DNA from: Camelus ferus
Lineage: Eukaryota
Length of the DNA: 64,000 bases
Assembly (NCBI RefSeq): GCF_009834535.1
Contig: NC_045720.1
Coordinates: 3,596,001-3,660,000, forward strand
Direction of reading: 5' to 3'
This document shows, one piece after another, positions 35,050 to 47,329 of this stretch. Position 1 is the first letter of the stretch, and every line of letters starts with the position of its first letter. The notes beneath the pieces are model-generated. The model was given only the letters and a program-made list of their open reading frames with translations, did no database searches and was not told where the DNA came from. A program made the position numbers and the translations under genes.

Positions 35050-35235
35050 CGCGTTTGCCGCGAAGACGTGCTGTGCTAGCCCCTGAGAGGGCTTCTCTCA
35101 TTCAGTGCTCACAGCTGCGTGAGGGAGGTACCACTGTAACCCCATTTCAACAAGAGGAGGAAACTGAGGCTGCAGGACATTAAGCGTCTGTAATTTAGCA
35201 GCTTTCAAAACCAGGTCTTGTGATTCTAAGCAACC
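35050..35235 (-). mobile_element. MIR SINE relic
   Basis: gtgctgtgctag...ctcattcagtgctcacagc...ccccatttcaacaagaggaggaaactgaggc. Confidence 0.65.
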
Positions 35236-35844
35236 GACGGGAAGAGTCAGGGTGGCAAAGGCTGTCACACAAAACCTGCTGTCCCTGTCCTGTGGAAGCG
35301 TGCCTGGCTGAGAATGGCGGGTGGGGCTTTCCTTTCAAGGGAGCCCTTGGGATAATCAGTTCACCCTGTGGCTTTTGGCTTCCTTTCCTGTTTAACTGGG
35401 AGCCATTCCCTTTACCCTGAGGTCACCAGACTGTTCTTATGCAGAGAAAGAATAAAAATACGGTGAATTGCATCCCAAGAGCAATTGTTAGTCCCTCCCG
35501 TGTTCATGGCAGTGATCTGGGCCTCTTGAAGGAAGCCAAGACCAAACAAGGAATGCCCCAGAGGAGAGGGTGCATCAACAGGGAGGCCGATGCTGTTACA
35601 GCCTCTGCTCTGGTCAGCCAACGTGCGAGGTGCTTTTTACACACGAATTTCCCCACTTTAAGCTGGGGAATCGAGGATGGGGTGCTGAGTGACTGGTCTT
35701 AGCAATATTCTCAGTGTAAGGCAACCAGGACGGAAAAGGGTTCATACACCAAATCATATGAGAAACGTAGAGGGACCAGGGTGTATGCTACCATGGATAA
35801 GAAAATGATAACGATGTTGCTGCTGATGGTGGTGGTGACGACAT

Positions 35845-36030
35845 CATTAGCTAACGCTTACAGAGAAGTCATTACATGCTGGGAGCTCTTACAAACACCA
35901 TACTGGACATGCTGTCTAGTTGAATCATCATGACAATCCCAAAGATGTGAATTATTATTACCCCAATTTTCCTGATGGGGAAACTGAAGCTCAGAGAGGT
36001 CAAATGCCTTGCCCAAGGTTTCAAGCTGTG
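35845..36030 (-). mobile_element. MIR SINE relic
   Basis: attattattaccccaattttcctgatggggaaactgaagctcagagaggtcaaatgccttgcccaagg. Confidence 0.8.
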
Positions 36031-36924
36031 TTAATCCTCAGGGAGGGGAGTGGGCGTGGGAGTGGGAGGTCTTCCCTCAACGTGCAAAGGAAGGATTAAC
36101 CTGAACAGTGCCTCGAAGAGGGTTAGGAGAAGGATGAGGGTAAATCTGGAGGAAGCAGCCTGTCCCTGACAAAGGACAGCACCCTCTGGGCGCTGCATTC
36201 ACCCGGGGCGATCATGGTCTGTCATAGAGTGGAGTGGGTGCCCCGCCCTTGGTGGAGACAGACAGGCAAAAGGTGGAAAAAACCCAGTGGGGGTGGGGAG
36301 GCTGAGGAATTCTGTGGCATTGTCTCAAGGCCTGCAACCAAACTTCTGTGCTTTTTGCAAAAAGCAAGGCTGGGGTTAATGTGCTACCAGGTAGATGAAG
36401 GCAGCCACTTGCTTGTCCTCCGCTCTGGAAGATGAAAGATTTGCAAAGTCAAATCTGATTAAGAATCGCAGACTTTCTTAAGGAAACAGTGATTATGCAT
36501 CATAATGAAAGGATAAACAGAGCCCAGAATGGAGAACTTGCCAATTGTTCTTCGCAGCTGGGAGCACCCGTCCCCCTTCCAGAGCAAGCTGATTGTCTGT
36601 GTGTATAAATTTTCCAAATTCTTCCCCAGTGGCCCAACAGAGGGATAAAGAACCATTTTTTTTAACCTTCTGAAATGAAAAGGAGTCCCAGGCCAGCTCT
36701 GAATTTTGGCTTAGCAGACACTCCCGTCTGACGACCACATTTGTTGCCCCTGGGTCTCTCTGGGGAGTCAGGTTTATTTCAGAGGAACTCACTGTCTGCA
36801 GAAGAGGAGAAACAGGGGCATCAGCTTGACTTGGGGAATGACTGTCAAATCAATTATGCCCTGAGTTACGTGAGCAGCCTCAGAATTCTCACAGGTGATG
36901 TGTTCATCCAGTATGCCCCGCCAG

Positions 36925-37483
36925 CGATACAGGGAAAAGGGGCACTGAAGGGCGGCCAGGCCCCAGGCGAGCCCCTGGGGAGCGCCCCATCAAGTGAGTC
37001 CTTGCTTTGTGCAGGAAAGAATCCAAGAGTGAGCCACAGTGGAGTAAAAGTAGATTTATTCAGAGAGATACATACTCCACAGACAGAGAGCGGGCCATCT
37101 CAGAAGGCCAGACAGAGTGACGGAGAGAGCGTGACCACGAGGGGCAGGGTGGTTAGCTGTTATGGGCTCATTAATTTCATACTCTAACAAGTGGGAGGAT
37201 TACTCCAACTATTTTGGGGAGGGGACTAGGATTCCAAGGAACTGGGCCACTGACCACTTTTTGACCTTTTATGGCCAGCCTCCGATCTGTTACGGCACCT
37301 GCGGGAGTGTCATTTATCATGCTGTCCAGTGGGCGTATAATGAAGCTCAAGGCCCACTGGAGGCCGAATCTCCTGCCCTCGGGGACCTCAAGGTCTATTG
37401 GGGGTTGAGTTTTCTGCCCTGTGGTGCTGACTGCTGTGTCATTCCTTCAGTGGCTGTGCCCTGCCCCCTTGCCTCCCGTCTCA
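36925..37483 (-). mobile_element. ERV1-type solo LTR (559 bp), same family group as 5785-6364
   Basis: Reverse complement starts TGAGACGGGAGGCAAGGGGGCAGGGCACAGCC. 4-bp TSD CCAG at 36921-36924 and 37484-37487. AATAAA on the minus strand at 37055-37060. The left terminal TG has decayed to CG. Confidence 0.9.
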
Positions 37484-38261
37484 CCAGGACAAGGTTTCAA
37501 AACCCGTGGCACAGGGAGAAGGGATGGAGAACAGGAAGGGACAAAGCCATTTGAAATCTCTGTATCATTCCTTATTCAGTCGTTCTGCAGAGCAGGGAAG
37601 TCCGCACCCCACAGTGCTTTGAAGTTCAGAGGAGGGAGAGAGTTTGGTGTGCCAGAATGTTTTTGGAGATACCATGTGGACTTGGAACTGGATCTTGAAG
37701 GAAAAGAACTTGTGAAAATAGTATTTTCCACGTTTATATGTCCCACACTAGTCTCAGTGCACTTCTGATTTCTGGGCTGTGGTTTCCTTATCTATTGAAA
37801 GAAGAGATTGTCTTCAAGGGCAGGTTACTGATTCAAATGATAAAGAGATTAGTTGGGTGATGAGAGAAGCAGCCCTAAATACAGGTGTGAGATGTCACAT
37901 GACACTTGGGGTTGAAACAGTGAGGGGCTGTGGCAACCGGGGGATCATGTGTCCCTTCTGTAGGGGCAGCGGCTCCAGCCCAGGGTGGACAAGTAGGAAG
38001 TAGTGAAGAGTGCTCCCTGAGAGTCCTGCTTCTAAAGATGAGCTTGGCATCTGGATGCTTCTAAGAAATATTTGCACCATTAAATATTAGCCACTGAATC
38101 AATTTATCTTTAAATAGCCAGAACAAATGAGACATGATCTGGGAGGCCAGTTTGACCTTCAGGCTGCCAGTTTTCAACGTCTATCCTAGAGGACAAGAAA
38201 TAAGGTTCTGCTAAGATGGCGATAAGGACTGCACGCTTGTCCCTGCCCTCCAAAAGCATGT

Positions 38262-38577
38262 TGTCGACTGAAATAAATGCACAGCCTAAAAGTTGAGAGT
38301 TATGTTGTATTTGGCAGACATTTCTGAGGCCTCAAACCCCCTTGAGCCCAGGATGACAGCCACCCAGATCACTGTGAGGGACTGCTCTGAAGAGGTGGGG
38401 TGGAGCTGGGTGTACAGGAGCTCTACAACAAAGACCAGGTAGTCAGACCATTGAAAGATTACTTGTTAACTGAAGGAAAACCAGACATCTCAAGTTAAAG
38501 AATTTAGCGCCTTTCTATGTATGGGAGGGAGCAAACATTTGGGCTCATTTAAATCATTCCTGCAGAGCATGCACCTT
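38262..38577 (-). mobile_element. Partial ERV1-type LTR (cetartiodactyl family), truncated
   Basis: tgtcgactgaaataaatgcacagcctaaaagttgagagttatg...acaacaaagaccaggtagtcag...gaaaaccagacatctcaagttaaagaatttagcgcctttctatgtatggga matches a recalled ungulate LTR; it ends abruptly. Strand is inferred. Confidence 0.7.
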
Positions 38578-39649
38578 TATTACCTTTTTTTTTTTTTTCT
38601 GGCTACCTAATGAACACCTCAGCACCTCAATGACTCCCAGCAACAAATATTTGCATTTTTCATTTGCAGGACTGGGGTCAAGTCCAGCTTTGCTCCAGCA
38701 TCTCCATGCTCCTGGGGCTGGTCCCTTCCCAGTAGCACGAGAGGAGCCAAGAAATGAAGACACAGGGGCAAGTCTTAACACTTCGTGTGTAAATGGGCTG
38801 ACCTCCACCCCCTCAAGTTTCAAAGGCCAAAGTGCACAGCAGGGCAAGGCGCCCCCCGGGCCAGTGGGCGGTGCTGGCCAGTCACATGGCCGGGGGCTGC
38901 AGCGTCCTGGGTTGGGGTGGGGGTGGGGTGAAGAGTCAAGAACAACGGGGGCACCCTGCTCCCAGTATCCTGATACGCAGGAAGGAAGAACATGCCACCT
39001 CTGGAAGGAGTCCCCCATCGGCTGCCCCACGCCAGCCCCTTCACACTGTGCTCATTGGACAGCTTTATGGCTCTTCCAGGCAGAAGCTGGTACTGGAACA
39101 TTCCTACCCCGACCCCTGGGGCCTGGCATGGTTGCAGGGAGAGGCCGGTGTTACGAGCGCGGCAATTATGTCCTCAAACCTGCTGATTGTACTTGTCTCT
39201 TTCTTTCAAAAAGTTTTCCCTCCAAACTGTGAGATTATTCGCCTTGTTTGCACATATTCTGAAACACCTACTTGAAATTTTCCTTGCCTGGATCTGTGGA
39301 TTTTTGTGATGCTACTTAAATCCAGACAAACAGAATAGCACAAACCTGCAAAGATACAATTTTAATGAGTTGGCTGGCGCTCCTTGAAAGAAAGCCCTGG
39401 ATGTGTTGCTGCTGCCTTCTCCGCGCCTTTGCCGCAGACCAGCTCCCGGAGGCGGCAAGCAGTGCGGGATGAATGGTGGACCGCACAGAGCAGCGACTCT
39501 CGGGGCCTGCCACGGCCACGTATTTACCAACAACCTCAAGCCTCTGCCTCCTTGTCTGTGAATAGGGAGCAGTGCCCATGACACTGAACTAAAGGCAGCC
39601 CAGCAGGTCGCTAAGAGAGTGGCGTCGGAATCAGACACAGAATATAAAT

Positions 39650-39790
39650 TCGGGTGGGCACTCACATCACTTCTCCGTGCTTCAATTTCCTCACCTGAAA
39701 ATAGGATAATAGCTCCTAACTCATAAGATTGCCCTGAGGACACAATACCCTGGCGGATTTGGAAGGGATTCTGTGAAGCTCTGAGGGTGA
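39650..39790 (+). mobile_element. MIR SINE relic
   Basis: catcacttctccgtgcttcaatttcctcacctgaaaataggataatagctcctaactcataagattgccctgagg. Confidence 0.7.
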
Positions 39791-40064
39791 GGAGCTTCCA
39801 ATAGGGTTTGATGATATTGGAATAATTGGCCCTGTTTTTTTTAGACCAAACAATAAACTGTGGTTTGCTGATATGTGGTGAGTACTGGGGTATTTATTTT
39901 AGCGTTTTTATTGACTCAGCTGCTGGAGAGAGTTTATACCAGGCAGGGACTGCCAAAAAGAGTGTGGCGAAGCCTGCTGGCTTCCAGTCCCCCAGCTCCA
40001 AGCCTGACGTCTGTCACTTCCCTGTCTCGCAATGCCAGGCTCCTGGGAGCTCGCTGCTGTACCA

Positions 40065-40545
40065 GTCTGGTAGGTTATAAAAACGGCTGCAAACTCTTCC
40101 CTTCCCTGTGTCCATGCCCAGCAGCGTTACGGCACCCAGAGTCTGTTTTTCTGCCTCTTGAATCTGGGTTGGCTGTGTGACTAGCTTTGGTCAGTGGGAT
40201 ATCGGCAGACACAGAGCAAGCAGAAGTGCTTGCACATCGGGGCTCTCCTTTGCAGCAACTGGAATCCTACTGCAAGTGACAAACCAGGGTTCAGCCTGAT
40301 GGATGAAGGGACACACGGTGCCGTCTCCCGCGCTGCCCTCGCTGGCACCCAGCTAAGCCTGCAGCAGAGCCCCTCGCTGATTGGCACTGGACATGACTTC
40401 ACGGGAGTGAGTCCCAGTTCAGAGCAAAAGAAGAGACTGGCTGAGCCCAGTCCCATCTGAAATCTGCAGAATCACGACCACGTAAACAGCTGCTGTGTGA
40501 GGCCACGAAGTTTGGATTTCTTATACAGTTAAAGCTCACTGGACC
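40065..40545 (+). mobile_element. MLT1F/G-type MaLR LTR
   Basis: ggtaggttataaaaacggctgcaaactc...ctcttgaatctgggttggctgtgtgactagctttggtcagtggga...ctggctgagcccagtccc...gaggccacgaagtttgg. Confidence 0.7.
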
Positions 40546-40624
40546 CAATCAGTTCACCTGGTCCAGACCATGACTTTCCATCTTGACAGGGCACCCACCA
40601 CAGGCATGCAGTGTGTTGGTAAAC

Positions 40625-40800
40625 AGAGTAAAGGGCTGTGTCTGGGTCCCCAAGACCACCCTCATCTTCAGCGACTCACTAGAAGGACTCACAGAACTCA
40701 GAAACGCTGTTCTGCTCACGGTTCATTACAGAAGAAGGATCCAGACTGGAACCAGCAAACGAACGAAAGCGCAGAGAGAGGCGTCCAGGGGAAATGAGAC
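40625..40800. mobile_element. MER21-like LTR fragment
   Basis: gggtccccaagaccaccctca...gactcactagaaggactcacagaactcagaaacgctgttctgctcacggtt matches the recalled MER21 terminus. Confidence 0.7.
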
Positions 40801-42769
40801 ACTCCGTTCCCGTTGTCCACGCCCGTGGGGCTGCGTGCACCGCGACGAGCCACCAGTGCTCTAACAACCACGTGCGACTGCGTGTGCAAACGGCTGTGCC
40901 CTGGCTAAAGGCAAGAGCCCGTCTCCAGTCCAGAGAGTAACTCAGACAGAAGAGTTAGAAGGTTCGTGGCTCAGATGATGTCAGCTGTGTGCTGCGTGCG
41001 GAAGCTCGGTGTGGTCAGAGCGCAGCTCGCTACGAAGGTCACAGGACGCTGTCGTTTCCGTGAGAGCTAGAAACCAGCCTCAGGCACAGCTCTTTTTAAA
41101 ACGTCTTTGGTCAAGTCTCCTCCCCCCGGCCCTCAGTCTCCTCCAGCAGAGGACCAGCTGGTTAGATGAGGTCACCTCCGAGGCCTCGTCTAGTTCCGAG
41201 ATGCTGTGACCCTCCAAACCTCAAATGTCACTTCCAGGAGTCGCTGACTTGGAGCCTGGATCCTGGCAATGCCCTTTAAATGTCATAGATTGTATTTCCG
41301 TAGTCATTGTTCTAATGATCTGCTCATCTTGTTCAATCAAAACGGAGACGTATCTACTTTCCAGTTCCCAAGAGCATCAAGCTTTTAATGTAACTGTGGA
41401 AGGATGATCCCATAGCATGAATAATGCCACGGCTCTGCCGTCCCTTGAAAGTGTGAAAGATGTGAACACTGCACTCATTCATTCATTGAAAAACACACCT
41501 TTAGCCTCTCCTGCACACCAAGCACGGAGCTGCATACTGGGGGCACGTAGGTGCAGAGACATGACGGCCTGGAGCTCACGGGTCAAGGACGGAGAATGAC
41601 AATGAGTGACAGTGCAGGGCGATCAGCGCTTTGCTCAAGGAAGCATTTGGCGCTCTGAGAGCCCAGATGGGCCCCACCCGCCTCAGGCAGGCTGGGCACC
41701 CAGAGTAGCCTGCCTGGAGAAACAAGCTGAATGTCTAAGATGAACAAGGGCTGCCAGGGATGTGGGTCGGCGGGTGAGGTGGACAGTGGGTGCCCCAGGC
41801 AGAGGGGCAGCGTGTGGCAGGGCTAGAGCCAGGGGCACAATCACCCAACAGTGTAAACCGGGCGCCACGATGAGCTTACAGCGCGCTGGGTTCCTTACTC
41901 GCACTTGCTTAAGCCAGCCAGGAGACCGGTGCTCTTACGGTCCCCCTTCACAGAGGAATCAAGTGAGCTCGGGGACGTTGAAACCAGGGCCCAAAGAAAC
42001 CAGCTCATGTTAGTTAAAAGCAGAACTTGACGCTTAGACTCTTTGACTCCACATGAGAGTGAGGGGTGTGCTTGGGGAAGTGCTTCCGGGAGGCTAGAGA
42101 GAAACCACGTGGGTCTAGGGACACAGCCAAGGCCAGGGGACCCGGAGGGGCTGGTGTGCGAGGCCGAGTCTGGTTTTCACACATGGAACAACGTGGGTGA
42201 TGGGAATGGAGCCGCGAGCCTGCCTGGACACTGGCTGCGGTGACCCTGGGCAGAAGCCGGGGTGTCACGTCCTCCAGGGGCCGTGGGCATGAGGAAGCGG
42301 CCACAGACCAGCCGTGTTGTGTGAATGTGGAGTCACTCAGCCTCGGGCTTGATTACGACTTGGATGTGTCATGGTCTCAAAGACAAACAGGAGTCCCAGG
42401 ATTCTAGTCACAGCTCAGATGGACCGGCTCGCTGACCTGCAGAAAAGTACTTGAACTCTTCACGCCTCGACTTCCTCATTGACTAGTGAAGTTAAGTAGG
42501 ATCTACAGAGAGCTTTTAAGGTTTACCCTGTGCCACGTATGTGAGCAGGACACCCACTGGATAATGCAGGAATGTAGAGGACAACGGAATGAGTTAAGTT
42601 CACGAGTGAGTGAATGAATCAACCGATGAAAAATCCTGAAGGGAAAAGGATGCTGAGACACACCACAGCCCCCTTTCTGTAGGTCCTCCTGGTCGTTGGC
42701 CAACATTCCACTCTTCAATGTCAGCTGCAGCGTTAGGAGGCTGCCAGGGTCCGCTCCCCCATTCAAATG

Positions 42770-42905
42770 CTCGGTAGCTGCGTGACCTTGGACAAGAGAC
42801 TTTCCTTTTGATCAGACTCGGAGAACAGCTCCTGATGGCACTGATCTCACAGGGTCGTTGTGAGGATTAAATGACATAATGTATGTAAAGCACACAGCCC
42901 AGAAG
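42770..42905 (+). mobile_element. MIR SINE relic
   Basis: gctgcgtgaccttggacaag...ctcacagggtcgttgtgaggattaaatgacataatgtatgtaaagcac. Confidence 0.8.
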
Positions 42906-44564
42906 AACTTAAAAATTCAAGGTCCTTTGGAGATCTGAAAACACTTTCCTGTACACGAGCGCGTGTGATTCTCGCAGACTGCCTCTGGTGTAGGTAGGTC
43001 AGAGGTTTTCACAGGTGGGAAGACAGAGGGACAAATAGAAAGTTATGAATTTTCCCTAAAGGCAGGAACACCAGGATTAGCTCCTGGGTTCCTGACCACC
43101 TCGGTGTGCCTTTCATCACGCTTTCTTACTAGAGCCAGTCCGCATACCCATAAATGCCTACTCCTCCCCCACGATGAAGGTCTAAGGACATTTCTCCTGT
43201 GAAGCTCTCCATGACATCCCGAAGAGAATTCAGTAGCTCGTCCAAAGTCCAGTGGGATAGCCAGGTCTGGCGTTCATACCTTCTCCTTCCACACCCGGTG
43301 TCCTTTTACTTACACTGCCAAAAAAAAAAAAAAAAAAAAAAAACCCACGAGAGACTTGGAAATGGGCAAAAAGGTCTAGGGCAGCCGTTCAATGGAATGC
43401 TGGGCGTTCTCTGGGTTTATCTGCTTGTACGGGGTTCTGAGTCCTTCAGCGTCTTCACCTGGGCTATTTTACAACTCGAAATTATGTATTTTTAAAAAAC
43501 TTGAGAGCAAAGAATATGTTTTTTCCCCACAGAGATGTAAATGAATTTTGAATTTTGTCTGGTGGTGATGCAATTGATCTCCCTCCCTGAACCCAGTGGA
43601 AAAGCTTACTTCCAACAGTACATTTGTTTGGATGGCAACCAGCTTTGTATCTTTCAGCAAATTCATTTTGGCATCCCCGATTCCCGATTCTATGTGTCTC
43701 TTCTTCAGATTTTTCTCTTGAGAAGTTTTAATATCTTATTGGCTCCATCGTTAACTAATGAGTTTAATAAAATCTTTTGACATGTGACATCATATATTTG
43801 TATGAAAGTCATGACTTTTGTTACTTTGAAAATTATCTTTTAGTAACATCGTACTGCGCTGGGGAGGGAAGGCAATAAATGTATAAACAGAGAGATGCAG
43901 GTTTATGTCAAAGAGATGCAATCAAGTAAATGTTTGCAGAATGGATATATACATTTTTGCAGATCTCTAAATGTTTCTTTAGGTGAACACACATACATCT
44001 TTAAGTACATAAGCACACAGTCTCAACACTGATTTTGTTTTTTTGGCTCAAGATTGAAAGCTTTCCAGGGAATCAACAGGGCAAATTCCATGTGGGAGCC
44101 TGAGAGGGAGAGAGACCCAGTTTGGAGCAGAAGTGACGGTTCCTGAGAGTGGAGTCTTATTTGGAAGGAGACTAAATAAAATAACTGAAAAGATATGACT
44201 TTGGTGGATCATAAAAAGGGAGATTCAATAGAAGGAAGAAATTAAAATAAATAACTGGAAAAGAAACCTCAGGGGAAAACAGCTGAATAAAAAAGAAGCA
44301 TCATCATGCATCATAGTGTGTACTTAGCTCTGCGTTCTAAGTGTATATGATGTAGGCACTATTTCTTGATTTAACAGTAGTGCTAAACTTATACTAGGGG
44401 AAAGGGGAAAAGTTGGGGAAGGTTTATATTTGGTTTAGAGAGCAAAATACTTATGAATGTTGGCAGAAGGACTATTACAATATACCTAGTTTGGACAAGT
44501 CAAGGTGAAACAGAGTAAGTAGTTTTGTTTTTTTTTTCTTTTCTTTTTTCTTTTTCTTAAGATT

Positions 44565-45060
44565 GGCAAATATACACCTACCATATGAGCCAGAAATTCT
44601 ACTTCTAGGTACATGTTGAAGAGAAATGAAAACATATGTCCACAAAGACTTTATTCACAATACCCAAAGACTAAACACGGTCCACAGTGCCCACCACTGG
44701 GGAATGGACAGACAAACTGTGTGTATCTATACAAGAGAATAATTATGAACCACAAAAGGGGGTGGACTGTCTATATATGACACAGATACATCTCAGAATC
44801 ATTATCTGGGGTGCAAAAAGCCAGACACAGAGGACCACATAGCGTGTGATTTCATTTATATAAATTCTAGGTAAGGCAGACCCGTGTGACAGAAAGCTGG
44901 CTAGTATTTGCCAGCAGGTGGGGGAAGGAGGAAGGCTTGGCGGCAAAATGGCAAATGGGAACTTCTGCGGCGATAGGAACACTTTAGATCTTGACTACGA
45001 TAGTAATTACACAACTACATACATTTGTCAAAACATACTGAATTATGCACTTAAAAAACC
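44565..45060 (+). mobile_element. L1MB/L1ME 3' end relic
   Basis: ctaccatatgagccagaaattctacttctaggtac...gaaaacatatgtccacaaagac...aaaaagccagacacagagg...acatttgtcaaaacatactgaattatgcacttaaa. Confidence 0.8.
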
Positions 45061-45084
45061 TGTGAATACACTTGATTTTTTTTT

Positions 45085-45800
45085 TAAATAACCATGAAGA
45101 GGATGAAAGCCAAGATAGAATTATTAAAGGTGAAAAAAAAAAAACACTTGAAATTAAACAACAGAACTGCTGAAAAAGAATTTGTAACTTGGATTATAGA
45201 TTTAAACATAGCAATAAGAAAGGAGATGATAAACACAAAAGGAGTTTATGGGAGATGAAAGATACAGTTAGGAATTCTACCATATTCTAATCAGATTCTC
45301 TTGAGTGAGAGAATGTAAGAGAAAGTGATCTGAATATAAAATGACTGAAAATTTTTTACAATTGAAAGACACCGATCCACATATACAGAAGAATAATTCA
45401 CAGTCATAAACAAAAAGAAACTCACACCCAGGCATGTTGCACTAAAGCTGCAGAAAGACAGAGGTGAGACTTTCAGACACCTACAGAGACAGGTCATATC
45501 ATTTACAAAGAAGTCGCAATTAGGATTACAGAAGTTTTCCTAAAAGGAAAATTAGAAGCAATAAGTGAGTGTTAAAATACATTGCGAGACGGGAACAAAC
45601 TTTCAACCGAGAACTGAGTAACCAAGCTGCCTTTTGAGAACAAGCATAAAATACAGACATTTTTGGATAAAAGACATCTGAGAGCGTATCTCTGTCCAGA
45701 TTTGCTAAAGGAATTACTAGAAGGACATACTTCAGAAAGAAGGAAAAATCACCTCCAAAGGAAGGTTTAGGATGCAAGAAAGAGCAGTGCATTAACAGAC
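45085..45800 (+). mobile_element. Old L1M ORF1 relic
   Basis: ORF1 C-terminal motifs in order: aaactcacacccaggcatgttgcactaaagctg (TPRHIxxKL), caattaggattacagaagtttt (IRLTADF), tttcaaccgagaact (FQPRI), gctaaaggaattacta (LKELL). Confidence 0.75.
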
Positions 45801-46432
45801 GGGTAAACGTGTGAACAACTCCCAGCAAACGTTCTTGGTGTTTATAACAACACCTTCAACAGATGTGGTTGACGACATAATAAAACCCCAACGTGATTCC
45901 ATGAAAGTGAGTAGGGGTTTATGAGAACCCAAATGATGCGGTTTATTTGTATTATTTGGGGGAAAAAAAGATACGTGTTTGATTAATTTTGGAATGGGGA
46001 AAGTAATTTTAGTAGTAAAATGTCAAGGACAACCCCAAAAAGATTGGAAAGGAAAAAGAAATGTGTGATCAATTCCCAAGTTGGGAAGTAAAATGAACTA
46101 ACAAACAAAGTAACAAGTTAAACTAGAGGAAGAAAACAACCTGCAAAGATTTAGCAGATGTTTCCAGAGCTTACCCACACATCCTCACCCCACTCTGGTG
46201 TTAGCTGTGAGGTATCTCCCAAAGGACAATGGCTGTGTGCTTCCCTCTGCCTCAGGGACGGCAAGGCTGACGGCCCAGAGTTTATGTAGGCGTTACACGC
46301 ACAGAGGGACACAACAGCACTGGCAATGCTCTAGTTCTTTGTGGCGGATGGGTTCTGGCTGTTCTTACGTTACTGTACTCTACAGGTTGAATATATGTAT
46401 ATATGCAACCTCCCTTTGGTTTCATATTAATA

Positions 46433-47090
46433 TTTTAAAATTTTGGTAAAATACACATAATATGAAGTTGACCATTTTCATCATTTTTAGGCGTCCCGTT
46501 CAGTGGCGTTAAGCACCTTCCCATTCTTGCTCCGCCATTGCCACCGCCCACCTCCAGAACTCTTCTCATCTTCCCAAATTGAAAAGCTGCAGCCGTCAAA
46601 CAGTAACGCCCCACTCCCTCCTCCCTCCCCGTATTCTTTCTGTTTCTATGACTCTGACTACTCGAGGTAACTCAGATAAGTGGAATCACGCACAATTTGT
46701 CCTGTTGTGCCTAGCTTTTTTCACTTAGTGTGTTGTCCTGAAGGTTCATCATGTCGTAGCATGTGTCAGAATTTCCTTCCTTTCTAAGGCTGAATAATAT
46801 TCCATTGCACGTAAGTATCTTTTTTTTTTTTTTTATCCATCCATTCATCAATGGACACTTGGGTTGCTTCCACCTCTTGGCTATTTTGAGTAGTGCTGCT
46901 ATGAAAGTAAATGTGCAGATAACTTTTGGAGACTCTGCTTTTAATTCTTTGGGGGTATAGACTCAGAGGCAGGATTGCTGGATCATATGGTGGTGCTGTT
47001 TTAAATTTGGGGGGGATTCTCCATACTGGGTTTCATAGCTTTCACCGGTTTACATTCCCACTGGCAGTGCACAGGGTTACCGTTTCTCCC
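46433..47090 (-). mobile_element. L1MB3/4-like 3' end
   Basis: ggtaaaatacacataatatgaagttgaccatt...ctccagaactcttctcatcttcccaaattgaaa...ggctgaataatattccattg...ggacacttgggttgcttccacctcttggctatt...ggattgctggatcatatgg. Confidence 0.9.
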
Positions 47091-47329
47091 AGGTACTATT
47101 TTGAAAGAAGAGGAAGCCACGGTTGACTTGTGCCATCTGCCACACACATAGTAGGAGGAACGGCACACACATGGGCTGTGAAGTTCCTGACTTACAGGTG
47201 TTCCCTTCCTCGGCTGCTGCGAGAGACCCCACCAGCTGCTGACTCAACAGCAAAAGGCAACTCCATCCTCAACCTCATGCCGAGCCAGGGAAACAGGAAT
47301 ATAATTAACTATGAGCTATGACTTCTGAC

